Shown: one piece after another, positions 1 through 7,474 of the stretch
Position numbering within the stretch: position 1 is the stretch's first letter
Layout: every line of letters begins with the position of its first letter
DNA from: Candidatus Omnitrophota bacterium
Lineage (GTDB): Bacteria; Omnitrophota; Gorgyraeia; 2-02-FULL-51-18
Length of the DNA stretch: 42,715 nucleotides
Assembly: GCA_023248025.1 (NCBI GenBank)
Contig: JAHFFI010000001.1
Coordinates: 1-42,715 of the forward strand
Direction: 5' to 3'
Notes under the pieces: model-generated
What the model was told of the DNA's origin: nothing
The model's input: only the letters and a program-made list of their open reading frames with translations
The model's database searches: none
Made by a program: the position numbers and the translations under genes

Positions 1-1
1 C

Positions 2-178
2 AAGAAACGTCCCCGGATGCTCAACGTGGTCCTACGCGGCGCGTCGCACGAATATCTGGCGCCCCAGCTTAAAGCACTGGGTCTCGAAAACGAGGTTTTT
101 CGCGACGCCAAGATGACGGCTGTGCTGACGATCGCCGAGATCTACACCCAGTACACGCCGACGGATAAAGTTTATTAG
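2..178 (+). CDS. 3' end of a CDS that starts upstream of the window (product not recognised)
   Basis: Open frame from the window edge in phase with nt 2: ...PRMLNVVLRGASHEYLAPQLKALGLENEVFRDAKMTAVLTIAEIYTQYTPTDKVY, stop TAG 176-178. Absent from the ORF track because it has no in-window start. Confidence 0.4.
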   Translation, partial: KKRPRMLNVVLRGASHEYLAPQLKALGLENEVFRDAKMTAVLTIAEIYTQYTPTDKVY

Positions 179-214
179 AAGAAATATTTTTTAAATGGCC
201 TGGAACGACGCGCC

Positions 215-454
215 ATGACGCGCGCATTCCTCGAAAGATTGTGCTGGTATCATCTGATAGAGGCTAAAAAAATGGAGTTCAACTTCGAGTTTTCAAAAAA
301 ATTATGCACCGCGATCCGTTCCTTAAGTGACCTGAAGCTCCAGCAGTGGCTCGACATGATGAAACACCAACCGCCGGAGCTTCCCCTCGAAAAAGACGCG
401 TCCCTTTCGTGGAGCTGGTTTGCTAAGGCGGTGGATTTCAAAATAGATGTCTGA
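215..454 (+). CDS. hypothetical small protein (start uncertain; in-frame ATG also at 272)
   Basis: 79-aa ORF filling the gap upstream of dnaX. No recognisable motifs. Confidence 0.25.
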   Translation: MTRAFLERLCWYHLIEAKKMEFNFEFSKKLCTAIRSLSDLKLQQWLDMMKHQPPELPLEKDASLSWSWFAKAVDFKIDV

Positions 455-466
455 TATCATAAACCA

Positions 467-2092
467 ATGGAAATGAAGCCCTACATCGTTCTGGCCAGGA
501 AATACCGCCCGCAAACCTTTGATGAAGTGATTGGCCAGGACCCCGTTGCCACGACGCTGAAAAACGCGATCTCGCTGAAGCGTATCGGACACGCCTATCT
601 CTTCACGGGTCCACGCGGAGTGGGGAAGACCTCCATGGCCCGCATTTTTTCAAAGGCCCTGAACTGCAAGAATGGCCCCACCGTCGAGCCTTGCGGCAAA
701 TGCATCTCCTGTCAGGAGATTGAGAACACGCGCTCGCTCGACGTATTGGAAATCGACGGTGCCTCGAACCGCGGCATTGACGAGATCCGGACTTTACGCG
801 AGAACGTAAAATTTGCTCCCGCAGCCGGCAATTTTAAAATTTATATCATAGACGAAGTGCATCAAATCACTCAAGACGCTTTCAATGCGCTCTTAAAGAC
901 ACTGGAAGAGCCGCCCGCGCATGTAAAATTTATTTTTGCCACGACATCCGTGGCTAAGATCCCGGCCACTATTCTTTCGCGCTGCCAGCGTTTTGATTTC
1001 CGCCGTATCCCGACCGAGATCATCGCAAAATCCATCAAAGAGATCGCCAAAAAAGAAAAGATTAAGATAGACGATGACGCCATCGCCGCGATCGCCAAAG
1101 CCGCTGACGGCGGTTTGCGCGACAGCCAGTCGCTCCTGGATCAGATCGCGTCGTCTTCAAAAGAAGCGGTCACCGTGGGTGATGTTTTGCGCTCTCTGGG
1201 AACACTCGAAGAAGATGTTTTGATAGAGATTTTTGACGCACTCGCCGGACAAGACGCCAAAACAGTTGTGACGGTGCTGGACCGGGTGTTGGCCGAAGGG
1301 AAAGATTCCGCGGCCGTGGCCGAGCGGTTGCTGGAGCACACCCGCAATCTTCTTTTGGTGAAATTATCCACGGATCTAGAAGAGCTTGTCGACGCGTCCG
1401 AGTCCTACAAAAAAGCGCTCTTGAAGCAGAAGGAACGTTTTACGAAGGATGATCTTTTTTATTGCTTCACGGTTTTCACGCATACACTCCAGAGCATGAA
1501 ACGCCTTGAAGCTAAACGCATCGCGCTCGAAGTGGCTTTGGTGAAGCTCGCCCAGAAAAATCCTACTCAAAGTATTTCGGAACTGATCGCCGCACTCAGC
1601 TCCGGCAAGCCAACCCCCAGCCAGGCTCAGACGCCGACCCAGGCGCAGGCCACGGTCGCGGCGCCTGTTCAAAAAAAAACCTTAATTCTTGATGAGGAAG
1701 AGATCGCTTCGGGGTCGAAGCCCATTCTTTTGAAAGACGTATGGGATGCCGTGCTGAGAAACCTTAGGACGGAGAAGATCTCAGTGGCTTCGTGTCTCCA
1801 GGGCGGCGAGCCGGTCGGTATTCATCAAAATATCGTGAAGGTCGCATTTCCGCAGAAACTTTCTTTTAACCGCGAATATCTAGAAAGCATGGAGAATAAA
1901 AAACTCATCGAAAAGCATCTCGGGGTTCTTCTCGAATGCGAGATTGTTATTGAATTTGAGACCGCTAAGGATAAGGCCGACAATGCCGAAGAACTTCCGC
2001 GCAAAAAAGCGGAGCTTGCGCCCGACCCTGCGACCGATGAGTCCATCCAAAGCGCGATGAATATCTTCGGCGGCCGCATCACACGCCTTTAG
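467..2092 (+). CDS. dnaX: DNA polymerase III subunit gamma/tau
   Basis: Clamp-loader AAA+ motifs: ARKYRPQTFDEVIGQ, Walker A GPRGVGKTS, zinc module CGKCISC, Walker B IIDEVH, sensor LSRCQRF. Confidence 0.95.
   Translation: MEMKPYIVLARKYRPQTFDEVIGQDPVATTLKNAISLKRIGHAYLFTGPRGVGKTSMARIFSKALNCKNGPTVEPCGKCISCQEIENTRSLDVLEIDGASNRGIDEIRTLRENVKFAPAAGNFKIYIIDEVHQITQDAFNALLKTLEEPPAHVKFIFATTSVAKIPATILSRCQRFDFRRIPTEIIAKSIKEIAKKEKIKIDDDAIAAIAKAADGGLRDSQSLLDQIASSSKEAVTVGDVLRSLGTLEEDVLIEIFDALAGQDAKTVVTVLDRVLAEGKDSAAVAERLLEHTRNLLLVKLSTDLEELVDASESYKKALLKQKERFTKDDLFYCFTVFTHTLQSMKRLEAKRIALEVALVKLAQKNPTQSISELIAALSSGKPTPSQAQTPTQAQATVAAPVQKKTLILDEEEIASGSKPILLKDVWDAVLRNLRTEKISVASCLQGGEPVGIHQNIVKVAFPQKLSFNREYLESMENKKLIEKHLGVLLECEIVIEFETAKDKADNAEELPRKKAELAPDPATDESIQSAMNIFGGRITRL
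1671..1692 (+). other. candidate recoding site in dnaX (A9 run followed by stops in both alternative frames)
   Basis: The zero frame reads CAA AAA AAA ACC (A run 1671-1679). The -1 frame then reads AAC CTT AAT TCT TGA (stop 1690-1692). The +1 frame reads CCT TAA (stop 1683-1685). Confidence 0.45.
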
Positions 2093-2104
2093 AGTTAAGA
2101 TTTT

Positions 2105-2701
2105 ATGCATTATCCCGAATCGATGGTCTTATTAATAGAAGCGCTGGCCAAACTGCCCGGTGTGGGAGCCAGGACTGCCGAGCGTTTTGCATTTTATATT
2201 TTATCGAGCCCGCGCGAAGAGGTCGAGCGCCTCTCAGCGCTTCTCACAAAGGTCAATACCAGCATCCACGCGTGCGAACAGTGTTTTAATTTCAGCGAAT
2301 CAAATGTCTGTCATATCTGTTCCAATCCCTTGCGTGACCATTCGGTGGTATGCGTGGTTCAGGAACCGAAAGACATCATCTCCATCGAAAAGTCCGGCGG
2401 ATTTTCAGGCGTCTATCATGTTTTGATGGGTGCTTTGTCGCCGCTTGAGGGCATCGGTCCCAAGGATCTCAAGATTAAAGAACTCATGGATAGCCTGAAG
2501 AAAGGGCGAGTCGGGGAGGTGATCCTGGCTACGAGCTCCGACACAGAAGGCGACGCCACGGCGCTTTATCTCATGAAACATATCAAGCCATTAAAAATAA
2601 AAGTGAGTCGCATCGCTCACGGTGTCCCGGTCGGGAGCGCTCTCGAATTTGTCGATAAAGTCACTTTATCCCGAGCGCTCAAACACCGCCAGGAGTTCTA
2701 G
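2105..2701 (+). CDS. recR: recombination protein RecR
   Basis: HhH LPGVGARTAERFAFYIL, Cys4 finger CEQC...CHIC, Toprim region VVCVVQEPKD...ATSSDTEGDATA. Confidence 0.95.
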   Translation: MHYPESMVLLIEALAKLPGVGARTAERFAFYILSSPREEVERLSALLTKVNTSIHACEQCFNFSESNVCHICSNPLRDHSVVCVVQEPKDIISIEKSGGFSGVYHVLMGALSPLEGIGPKDLKIKELMDSLKKGRVGEVILATSSDTEGDATALYLMKHIKPLKIKVSRIAHGVPVGSALEFVDKVTLSRALKHRQEF

Positions 2702-2785
2702 GGCCTGGCTTGACACCCTAAAGGGCGTCTGATAGGCTACCCTTGCCGTCAGTAGCGGCCCTAACTTATAGAGGAGAGAAGACTT

Positions 2786-3544
2786 ATGGGCGTTATGGAA
2801 TCTATTAAGAAGGGTTTTTCGGTGACATTCCGAAATCTCCCGCTGGTGGCACTGCTATTTGTTTTCGGAGCCATTTGGAATTTGGCCCAGCTCAAGCTCG
2901 CTCCCGCCGCTCCAGTCGGAACCGCACCTGCACCGCCTTCACCGGTGGCGATTGCGGCCGGCCTTGCATTTGTGTTGATCAGCATTTTCGTGCAGGGTGG
3001 AACGCTCGGCTTTATCCGTGATGCCGTGAAGCAGGGGGGTGCTAATTTTTCAGTTTTCACGCAATCCGGCGGAAAATATTACCTCCGTCTTTTATTGGCC
3101 GGACTTTTTATCGGCGTCATTGTCGGCGTATTCGTGTTGGGCGCGGTGCTGGCGGTTTCTTATCTGACGCAGGCCCAAGCGGCGATTGGCGTCGTGATAG
3201 CGGCGATACTGGGGGCCATCGGTATTTATGTCGTTCTTTTAATGTTTCTTACGCCTTACATTATCGTGGCCGAAGACGCCGGTGTTATGGTTTCAATCAA
3301 GAAAAGTATCACGATGGTGAAACACAATATTCTGAAAGTCTTAGGCCTCACGTTGTTGCTTGTAGCGGTCGGATTTTTAGCGGGACTTTTAATCGGTGTT
3401 CTCATCGGAGTGGCCTCAGCGGCCGGACCGGCGTCCGTGGTTAAGCTAGTGACGGCATTGGCCGGCAGCGCCGTGAATGCAATCCTGGGCGTTCTCGTTA
3501 CAGCGAGTTTCATGACCCTGTATTTTGGCTTGCCGCAAGAGTAA
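2786..3544 (+). CDS. polytopic membrane protein, family not recognised
   Basis: 252-aa ORF with several long hydrophobic segments. GAGGAG-like RBS (agaggagag) upstream. Confidence 0.6.
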   Translation: MGVMESIKKGFSVTFRNLPLVALLFVFGAIWNLAQLKLAPAAPVGTAPAPPSPVAIAAGLAFVLISIFVQGGTLGFIRDAVKQGGANFSVFTQSGGKYYLRLLLAGLFIGVIVGVFVLGAVLAVSYLTQAQAAIGVVIAAILGAIGIYVVLLMFLTPYIIVAEDAGVMVSIKKSITMVKHNILKVLGLTLLLVAVGFLAGLLIGVLIGVASAAGPASVVKLVTALAGSAVNAILGVLVTASFMTLYFGLPQE

Positions 3545-3573
3545 AATTTTTTCATAGAAGAGTTTTCCCAAGT
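3543..3573 (+). repeat. direct repeat copy 1 of the tRNA-Asn 5' flank plus the first 8 nt of the tRNA
   Basis: aaaattttttcatagaagagTTTTCCCAAGT versus 3894-3924 gaaaatttttctataaaaaaTTTTCCCAAGT. The 11-nt core is perfect (3563-3573 = 3914-3924); about 75 percent identity over 31 nt. Confidence 0.55.
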
Positions 3574-3608
3574 CCGCCGTAGGCGGTGCGCCAACGTTTT
3601 AGTGGCGC
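3574..3608 (+). repeat. tandem GC hairpins (CCGCC-GTA-GGCGG and GCGCCA-N9-TGGCGC)
   Basis: Read directly. They begin immediately after direct repeat copy 1 and lie upstream of the GIY-YIG ORF. Confidence 0.6.
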
Positions 3609-3623
3609 AAGTGAAGCGAGATT

Positions 3624-3866
3624 ATGTATCATGTCTATGTTTTGAAAAGTTTGAAAACCGGCAAGCGATATGTCGGTGTCACTTCTCAAAGTGCAGAAGA
3701 AAGACTGGCGGAACACAACTCAGGCTCTACAGCCTGGACACGAGCCCATAAGCCCTTCGAGTTAGTGCGAAGCGAAGAATTTAAAAGTAAAACTTTAGCA
3801 CTAAAACGCGAGTGCTTTTTGAAGTCGGGTAATGGACGAAGAGTTTTAGATAACATTATCAGGTAG
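3624..3866 (+). CDS. stand-alone GIY-YIG nuclease-domain protein (80 aa)
   Basis: GIY-YIG hallmarks YHVYVLKS...KRYVGVT...ERLAEHN. Confidence 0.8.
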   Translation: MYHVYVLKSLKTGKRYVGVTSQSAEERLAEHNSGSTAWTRAHKPFELVRSEEFKSKTLALKRECFLKSGNGRRVLDNIIR

Positions 3867-3870
3867 TATT

Positions 3871-3893
3871 TCCGCCACCAAAGCGTTGGCGGA
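3871..3893 (+). terminator. hairpin TCCGCCA-N9-TGGCGGA after the GIY-YIG ORF
   Basis: 7-bp GC stem starting 5 nt after the stop codon. A T-rich tract follows at 3898-3902. Same TCCGCC/GGCGGA arm type as at 9309-9344 and 40946-40975. Confidence 0.45.
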
Positions 3894-3924
3894 GAAAATT
3901 TTTCTATAAAAAATTTTCCCAAGT
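3894..3924 (+). repeat. direct repeat copy 2 (authentic tRNA-Asn 5' flank and tRNA nt 1-8)
   Basis: See the feature at 3543-3573. Confidence 0.55.
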
Positions 3925-3989
3925 AGCTCAGCTGGTAGAGCGGATCGCTGTTAACGATCATGTCCCAGGTTCGAGTCCTGGCTTGGGAG
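3917..3989 (+). tRNA. tRNA-Asn (anticodon GTT)
   Basis: Cloverleaf read by eye. Acceptor TCCCAAG/CTTGGGA, D arm GCTC/GAGC, anticodon stem GATCG/CGATC with loop CTGTTAA, T arm CCAGG-TTCGAGT-CCTGG, discriminator G. No encoded CCA. Confidence 0.93.
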
Positions 3990-4046
3990 TTTTTTTCGGT
4001 TAGGAAAATTTTTGTCCTAACCATTGTAATTCCAAAGGGTTGTCCA
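3985..4046 (+). repeat. direct repeat DR1: tRNA-Asn 3' end, T7 run, hairpin GGTTAGGA/TCCTAACC and flank
   Basis: GGGAGTTTTTTTcGGTTAGG..CCTAACC..AATTCCaaAGGGTTGT aligns with 5857-5916 (GGGAGTTTTTTTgGGTTAGGG..CCCTAACC..AATTCC-AGGGTTGT). Confidence 0.65.
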
Positions 4047-4059
4047 GGTTCGAGTCCTG
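4041..4059 (+). repeat. orphan fragment of the tRNA-Asn T arm
   Basis: TGTCCAGGTTCGAGTCCTG versus tRNA 3961-3980 TGTCCCAGGTTCGAGTCCTG (one C missing). Confidence 0.65.
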
Positions 4060-4076
4060 AGCTAAAAAGTACCAGT

Positions 4077-4095
4077 CAGATATCCCAGGGAACCC
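4077..4095 (+). repeat. left copy of a perfect 19-bp inverted repeat
   Basis: CAGATATCCCAGGGAACCC. Its exact reverse complement GGGTTCCCTGGGATATCTG lies at 5834-5852. Confidence 0.85.
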
Positions 4096-4107
4096 AGGGG
4101 AAATGTA

Positions 4108-4548
4108 ATGAAGACACATGCTTCGAAAAAGAAAATGTCGAGGATCATTTCGAAATATTATTTGAACTGGCTCAATGGCCCGAAACTATTCGGAGATCTG
4201 TCAGACGAGCAGAGGTTCTATCGCTTTGTTAAATCATGTACTCGGTATTGTCGGTCAAGAGTTGATGGCCATTGGTTGCGGGGTTATCTCGAAAAAGATT
4301 TGCCGGATAAGTATCATGATGCGAAATATCGAGAGCAGATAATTCAAAAAGCAGTGTCTTTGTTTGATCATATCGTAGATTGTGAAAACACCCCATTCCC
4401 TGATCACCTAGTCGAGATGACCAATCCAGCTCTTGTTAAAATGCAATTGCGAAGCTTCGAAACATTTGATGGGAAGCGATATTATTCTGATGAACAGATA
4501 GACGAAATAGTAACCGAAAATTTAGGCGATAATAACATAAAGAGATAA
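4108..4548 (+). CDS. hypothetical protein (146 aa, soluble)
   Basis: Long ORF, first gene inside the inverted-repeat-bounded cassette. No recognised motifs. Confidence 0.5.
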   Translation: MKTHASKKKMSRIISKYYLNWLNGPKLFGDLSDEQRFYRFVKSCTRYCRSRVDGHWLRGYLEKDLPDKYHDAKYREQIIQKAVSLFDHIVDCENTPFPDHLVEMTNPALVKMQLRSFETFDGKRYYSDEQIDEIVTENLGDNNIKR

Positions 4549-4558
4549 AGCTAAGAAT

Positions 4559-4888
4559 TTGAAAATTAAAAACTTATTTTGGAAGATATTTGCTGTTTTA
4601 GTGCTTATCAGCTGTGTTGTTATGTTTAGGTATAGAATCCAGGTCACAGAAAACTACTCGCTAATAAGGATCGATAGAATAAAAGGTGCTGTCTCGGTGA
4701 CTACCCCGAGAATGTCTGAATGGGTCGAAGTCCCGAGAAAAATAAATAACCGAATATCCCCACGAACTAAATATAAGTCTTTGCCCCCTATTTCTGATCT
4801 TTTTGATGAAAAGAACGCTCCTACAGCAGAGATTCCGAAGGGTGTTGTTTCGGGTCTTTTTGATGATGATAAACCAAATAGATCATGA
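4559..4888 (+). CDS. hypothetical N-terminally membrane-anchored protein (TTG start)
   Basis: N-terminal hydrophobic helix FWKIFAVLVLISCVVMF. Starts 10 nt after the previous stop. Confidence 0.45.
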   Translation: MKIKNLFWKIFAVLVLISCVVMFRYRIQVTENYSLIRIDRIKGAVSVTTPRMSEWVEVPRKINNRISPRTKYKSLPPISDLFDEKNAPTAEIPKGVVSGLFDDDKPNRS

Positions 4889-4940
4889 GACACTCACTCT
4901 GACAGTGGGAATGAGCGTCCAGTAAAATCGGAGGTTTATT

Positions 4941-5624
4941 TTGAATGGACTGTATTTGGGGGCACTTATTAGGGCCGCTTATAATTCCCTAACAAAAAAT
5001 TGGTCACCGAAAAAAAAGAAGAAAGCCGAATACATCATAGCGTTAATTATCGGCATTCCTATAGCCATGCTGGTATGTGGTGTGAGCATTACTTTATATC
5101 GCGAACTATCACCCGTTAATACTGCTAATCAATCAAAAGTCTATTTCAAACATGCATTAGAAAAAAACAAAGGACGAAATTATGCAGGAGCTATCCAAGA
5201 CTATACAAAAGCAATAGAGTCGGATTCGAAAAACGTAATGGCTTACCTCGGTAGAGGCATTGCCAAAGGTGAACTGCTTGATTGGAAGGGGGCAATACAA
5301 GATTATGATAAAGTGATTTTGCTTAATCCTACCGGTAATAAAATTGGCGTAGCTTATCTTGCTCGAGGTGTAGCAAAGAATAAGTTAGATGACAAGAAAG
5401 GGTCTTTACAAGATTTAAAAAAAGCGGCGCAATTAGGTGAGAAAGACGCCCATCAAATAATACAGCAAATTGAACATTCTTTGGGGGATGGTTCTCCTGT
5501 GCCAGTTAAAGAAACGCTGGAATTTACTCCAGAGCAAGAAAAAGTCATAAAGTCAAATATGGAATATTGGAATAAATCAAAAGAGGAAGTTGTCGAAGCT
5601 CTCAAAAAGCGTGGGTTGATTTAA
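4941..5624 (+). CDS. membrane-anchored TPR-repeat protein (TTG start)
   Basis: GGAGG RBS at 4929-4933. TM helix IIALIIGIPIAMLVCGVSITL. TPR-like repeats AGAIQDYTKAIESDSKNVMAYLGRGIAK / WKGAIQDYDKVILLNP. Confidence 0.7.
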   Translation: MNGLYLGALIRAAYNSLTKNWSPKKKKKAEYIIALIIGIPIAMLVCGVSITLYRELSPVNTANQSKVYFKHALEKNKGRNYAGAIQDYTKAIESDSKNVMAYLGRGIAKGELLDWKGAIQDYDKVILLNPTGNKIGVAYLARGVAKNKLDDKKGSLQDLKKAAQLGEKDAHQIIQQIEHSLGDGSPVPVKETLEFTPEQEKVIKSNMEYWNKSKEEVVEALKKRGLI

Positions 5625-5833
5625 TAATGGCTAGTCTTGCAGGCACTTTTTTTAGGCAAGGGGCATGAGGCCCAAATCTCTCTTTGGCTACATCTTCACC
5701 CAAGTCAGCAGCTCCGGAGAATTGAACCAAAGCGCAGCCATCTCTTCGGCGTGAACGAATTGACCGATCCGGGCAAGGCGGGTGGCATTTTTGAGCGCTT
5801 TTTGAAATTTGACAGAGCTTTTTGAGCAGATTA

Positions 5834-5852
5834 GGGTTCCCTGGGATATCTG
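5834..5852 (+). repeat. right copy of the perfect 19-bp inverted repeat
   Basis: GGGTTCCCTGGGATATCTG is the reverse complement of 4077-4095. Confidence 0.85.
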
Positions 5853-5856
5853 CTCG

Positions 5857-5916
5857 GGGAGTTTTTTTGGGTTAGGGCAAAATCTCGCCCTAACCCTCAA
5901 AATTCCAGGGTTGTTC
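5857..5916 (+). repeat. direct repeat DR2 (second copy of the tRNA-Asn 3' end/flank with hairpin GGGTTAGGGC/GCCCTAACCC)
   Basis: See DR1 at 3985-4046. Preceded by CTCGGGGAG, which resembles the tRNA 3' end GCTTGGGAG. Confidence 0.65.
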
Positions 5917-5923
5917 AATTCTT

Positions 5924-5956
5924 AACGCCTCGCTTCCGATTTGGAGGCGAGGCGTT
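5924..5956 (+). other. strong stem-loop (14-nt arms with 13 paired, 5-nt loop), immediately followed by TATAAT at 5959-5964
   Basis: AACGCCTCGCTTCC-GATTT-GGAGGCGAGGCGTT. It lies between DR2 and the HNH-like/DUF4145/SIR2 operon. Confidence 0.5.
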
Positions 5957-6018
5957 GTTATAATAAGAGTTAACGTGTCCCTGCGGGACGGGGTGTCCGG
6001 TAAATCCGAGGATAAGTT

Positions 6019-6816
6019 ATGAAATTTTGTTACGCATCGGCCTTAGGAGACTGTGCCGGAGTTATCACTGGCGAACATTACATCTCTCGTGGCGTGCTCG
6101 ATCTTATTTCGTACAATGATAGTAATCCGGGAATTGCGGTTTTGAACGGCCCACGTTGGCAGAATAAAGCAATAGCCATTGATTCGTTAGTGGCAAATAT
6201 CTTATGTGAACATCATAATGGTCTCTTGTCTCCGTTGGACAGCACGGCGAAACAGATGTTTGAAGCGGTCCAACACGTTCGTTCGAGAGCAGTTTCTGGT
6301 CTACACATTGCCATATCAAAAGATGGTCATTATTTTGAGCGATGGCTTCTTAAGATGTTGTGCGGTGTTATGGCATCTGGTAACTCGTTTCGTGATGATC
6401 GGAGACTTACAAAACAGCCACCATCAATAACGTTCTTGAGAGTTTTGTTTGGTATGGAGCCATTCTCTGATGGATGTGGGTTTTACTTTACTAGCAATAG
6501 CATTCTGGGACCAGTTCCCGCAGGTCAGGATTTCGGGTTTGCTCCTTTGTCACGAAACGGAGAGCACATCGGTTTTGTCATGAGCATGACTAACCTCGGG
6601 TTCTATCTTGCAATGCGCAGTCAAGACACGTCCTGCGAAGGGCTTTTAAAGGGAGCGGTCTATCGACCATCATTTCTCCAATTCACCAATGCCTCAACTA
6701 ACAACCAGGCCAAGATAACTTTACTGTGGGATCAACATAGAGCGGAATCAGGCGTTACGATAAACTTTATACCCATTCCGGACGTTGTCCCGAATGTTGT
6801 TGTTAGGTTGGAGTAA
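6019..6816 (+). CDS. hypothetical protein with an HNH_5-like Cys/His motif (possible nuclease), gene 1 of a three-gene operon
   Basis: C4, C12, GEHYISRGVL (EH 19-20) and ILCEHHNGLLSPLD (C63, H65-H66, N67). This resembles the EH(V/I)IP...C..CN..L..D layout of HNH_5 nucleases. The rest of the protein is unrecognised. Confidence 0.55.
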   Translation: MKFCYASALGDCAGVITGEHYISRGVLDLISYNDSNPGIAVLNGPRWQNKAIAIDSLVANILCEHHNGLLSPLDSTAKQMFEAVQHVRSRAVSGLHIAISKDGHYFERWLLKMLCGVMASGNSFRDDRRLTKQPPSITFLRVLFGMEPFSDGCGFYFTSNSILGPVPAGQDFGFAPLSRNGEHIGFVMSMTNLGFYLAMRSQDTSCEGLLKGAVYRPSFLQFTNASTNNQAKITLLWDQHRAESGVTINFIPIPDVVPNVVVRLE

Positions 6817-6818
6817 AA

Positions 6819-7474
6819 ATGAATAGTTGGTGGAGCTTAGGCGATCATTCCGGTTACTATGGTGAGGGGCCAATCCATAGAATCGCGTGCCCGTTTTGCA
6901 TGGAAGAAGATAATTTTAAAACGGTTGCACATTTTGAGAAAAAGAAAGCTAATTCTGAAAAAAGGCTAAATTTTGACACATTGGAATGTGGTAATTGCAA
7001 AGGGTATGTGATGACTTTGTGGTCTAGAGGCGAATATGGAGAATTGTATGACTGTAGGGTTCTTCCATGGCCAATACGGCTAGAATCTCATCCAGAACAT
7101 TGGCCATCAGATGTAGGCAGATACTGGTTACAAGCTAAGAAAAATCTTAAGGATGAGAATTGGGATGCAGCCGTGCTGATGGCTCGCAGCGCGCTTCAAT
7201 TAGCATTAAGAGACAAAAAGGCAAAAGGTAAGACCTTAAAAGAAGAAATTGAAGATCTTGCAGCAAAAGGAATTTTGCCACCAATTGTGAAAGATTGGTC
7301 GCATGAAGTTCGTGAGCTTGGTAATGATTCTGCCACCCTACTCCGCGACAAGACTCCACCAGTTCTAATGATGCTAAGGATGTTGTTCAATTTTTAGATT
7401 ATTTATTGGAGTATCTTTACACATTGCCCCACCAAATAGAGCAATATCGGAAGCGGAAACTAGGTAAAAAATAA
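6819..7474 (+). pseudogene. zinc-ribbon + DUF4145 domain protein, interrupted by a 1-nt frameshift near 7333-7334
   Basis: The annotated frame (6819-7397) gives CPFC...CGNC and VRELGNDSA, then nonsense. The next frame continues HPTPRQDSTSSNDAKDVVQFLDYLLEYLYTLPHQIEQYRKRKLGKK, a typical DUF4145 C-terminus, to TAA 7472-7474. Confidence 0.7.

Larger units (their letters stand above)
4077..5852 (+). mobile_element. inverted-repeat-bounded 1.78-kb cassette (three ORFs, no recognisable recombinase); mobility is hypothetical
   Basis: Perfect 19-bp terminal inverted repeats. Nested inside the DR1/DR2 tRNA-flank duplication. Visibly A+T-rich. Confidence 0.3.

Noticed and set aside
2093-2104. Absence of the usual ybaB/ebfC gene between dnaX and recR.
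   Set aside because: Only a 12-nt spacer is present, so there is no hidden ORF. The gene order varies among phyla, so this is not informative on its own.
871-2110. Multiple 60-100 aa minus-strand or alternative-frame ORFs inside dnaX. Similar ones occur inside nearly every long gene, for example 8891-9418, 12668-13009, 20385-20765 and 36650-36976.
   Set aside because: They lie fully within well-supported CDSs with strong family motifs. They have no RBS or motif support and low-complexity or odd composition. These are typical shadow ORFs.
3998-4022. The hairpin after tRNA-Asn, considered as a rho-independent terminator.
   Set aside because: The T7 run precedes rather than follows the stem, and no U-tract follows on either strand. 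It is treated as part of the duplicated att-like flank.
3960-4232. 90-aa ORF starting inside tRNA-Asn.
   Set aside because: It overlaps the tRNA, the repeat scars and the left inverted repeat. It has no RBS or motifs and is most likely not coding.
5688-5918. 76-aa minus-strand ORF (and the + strand ORF 5637-5825) at the right end of the IR-bounded cassette, considered as a possible integrase or toxin-antitoxin remnant.
   Set aside because: It spans the inverted repeat and DR2 hairpin. I could not recognise any integrase, transposase or TA motif, so it is treated as non-coding.
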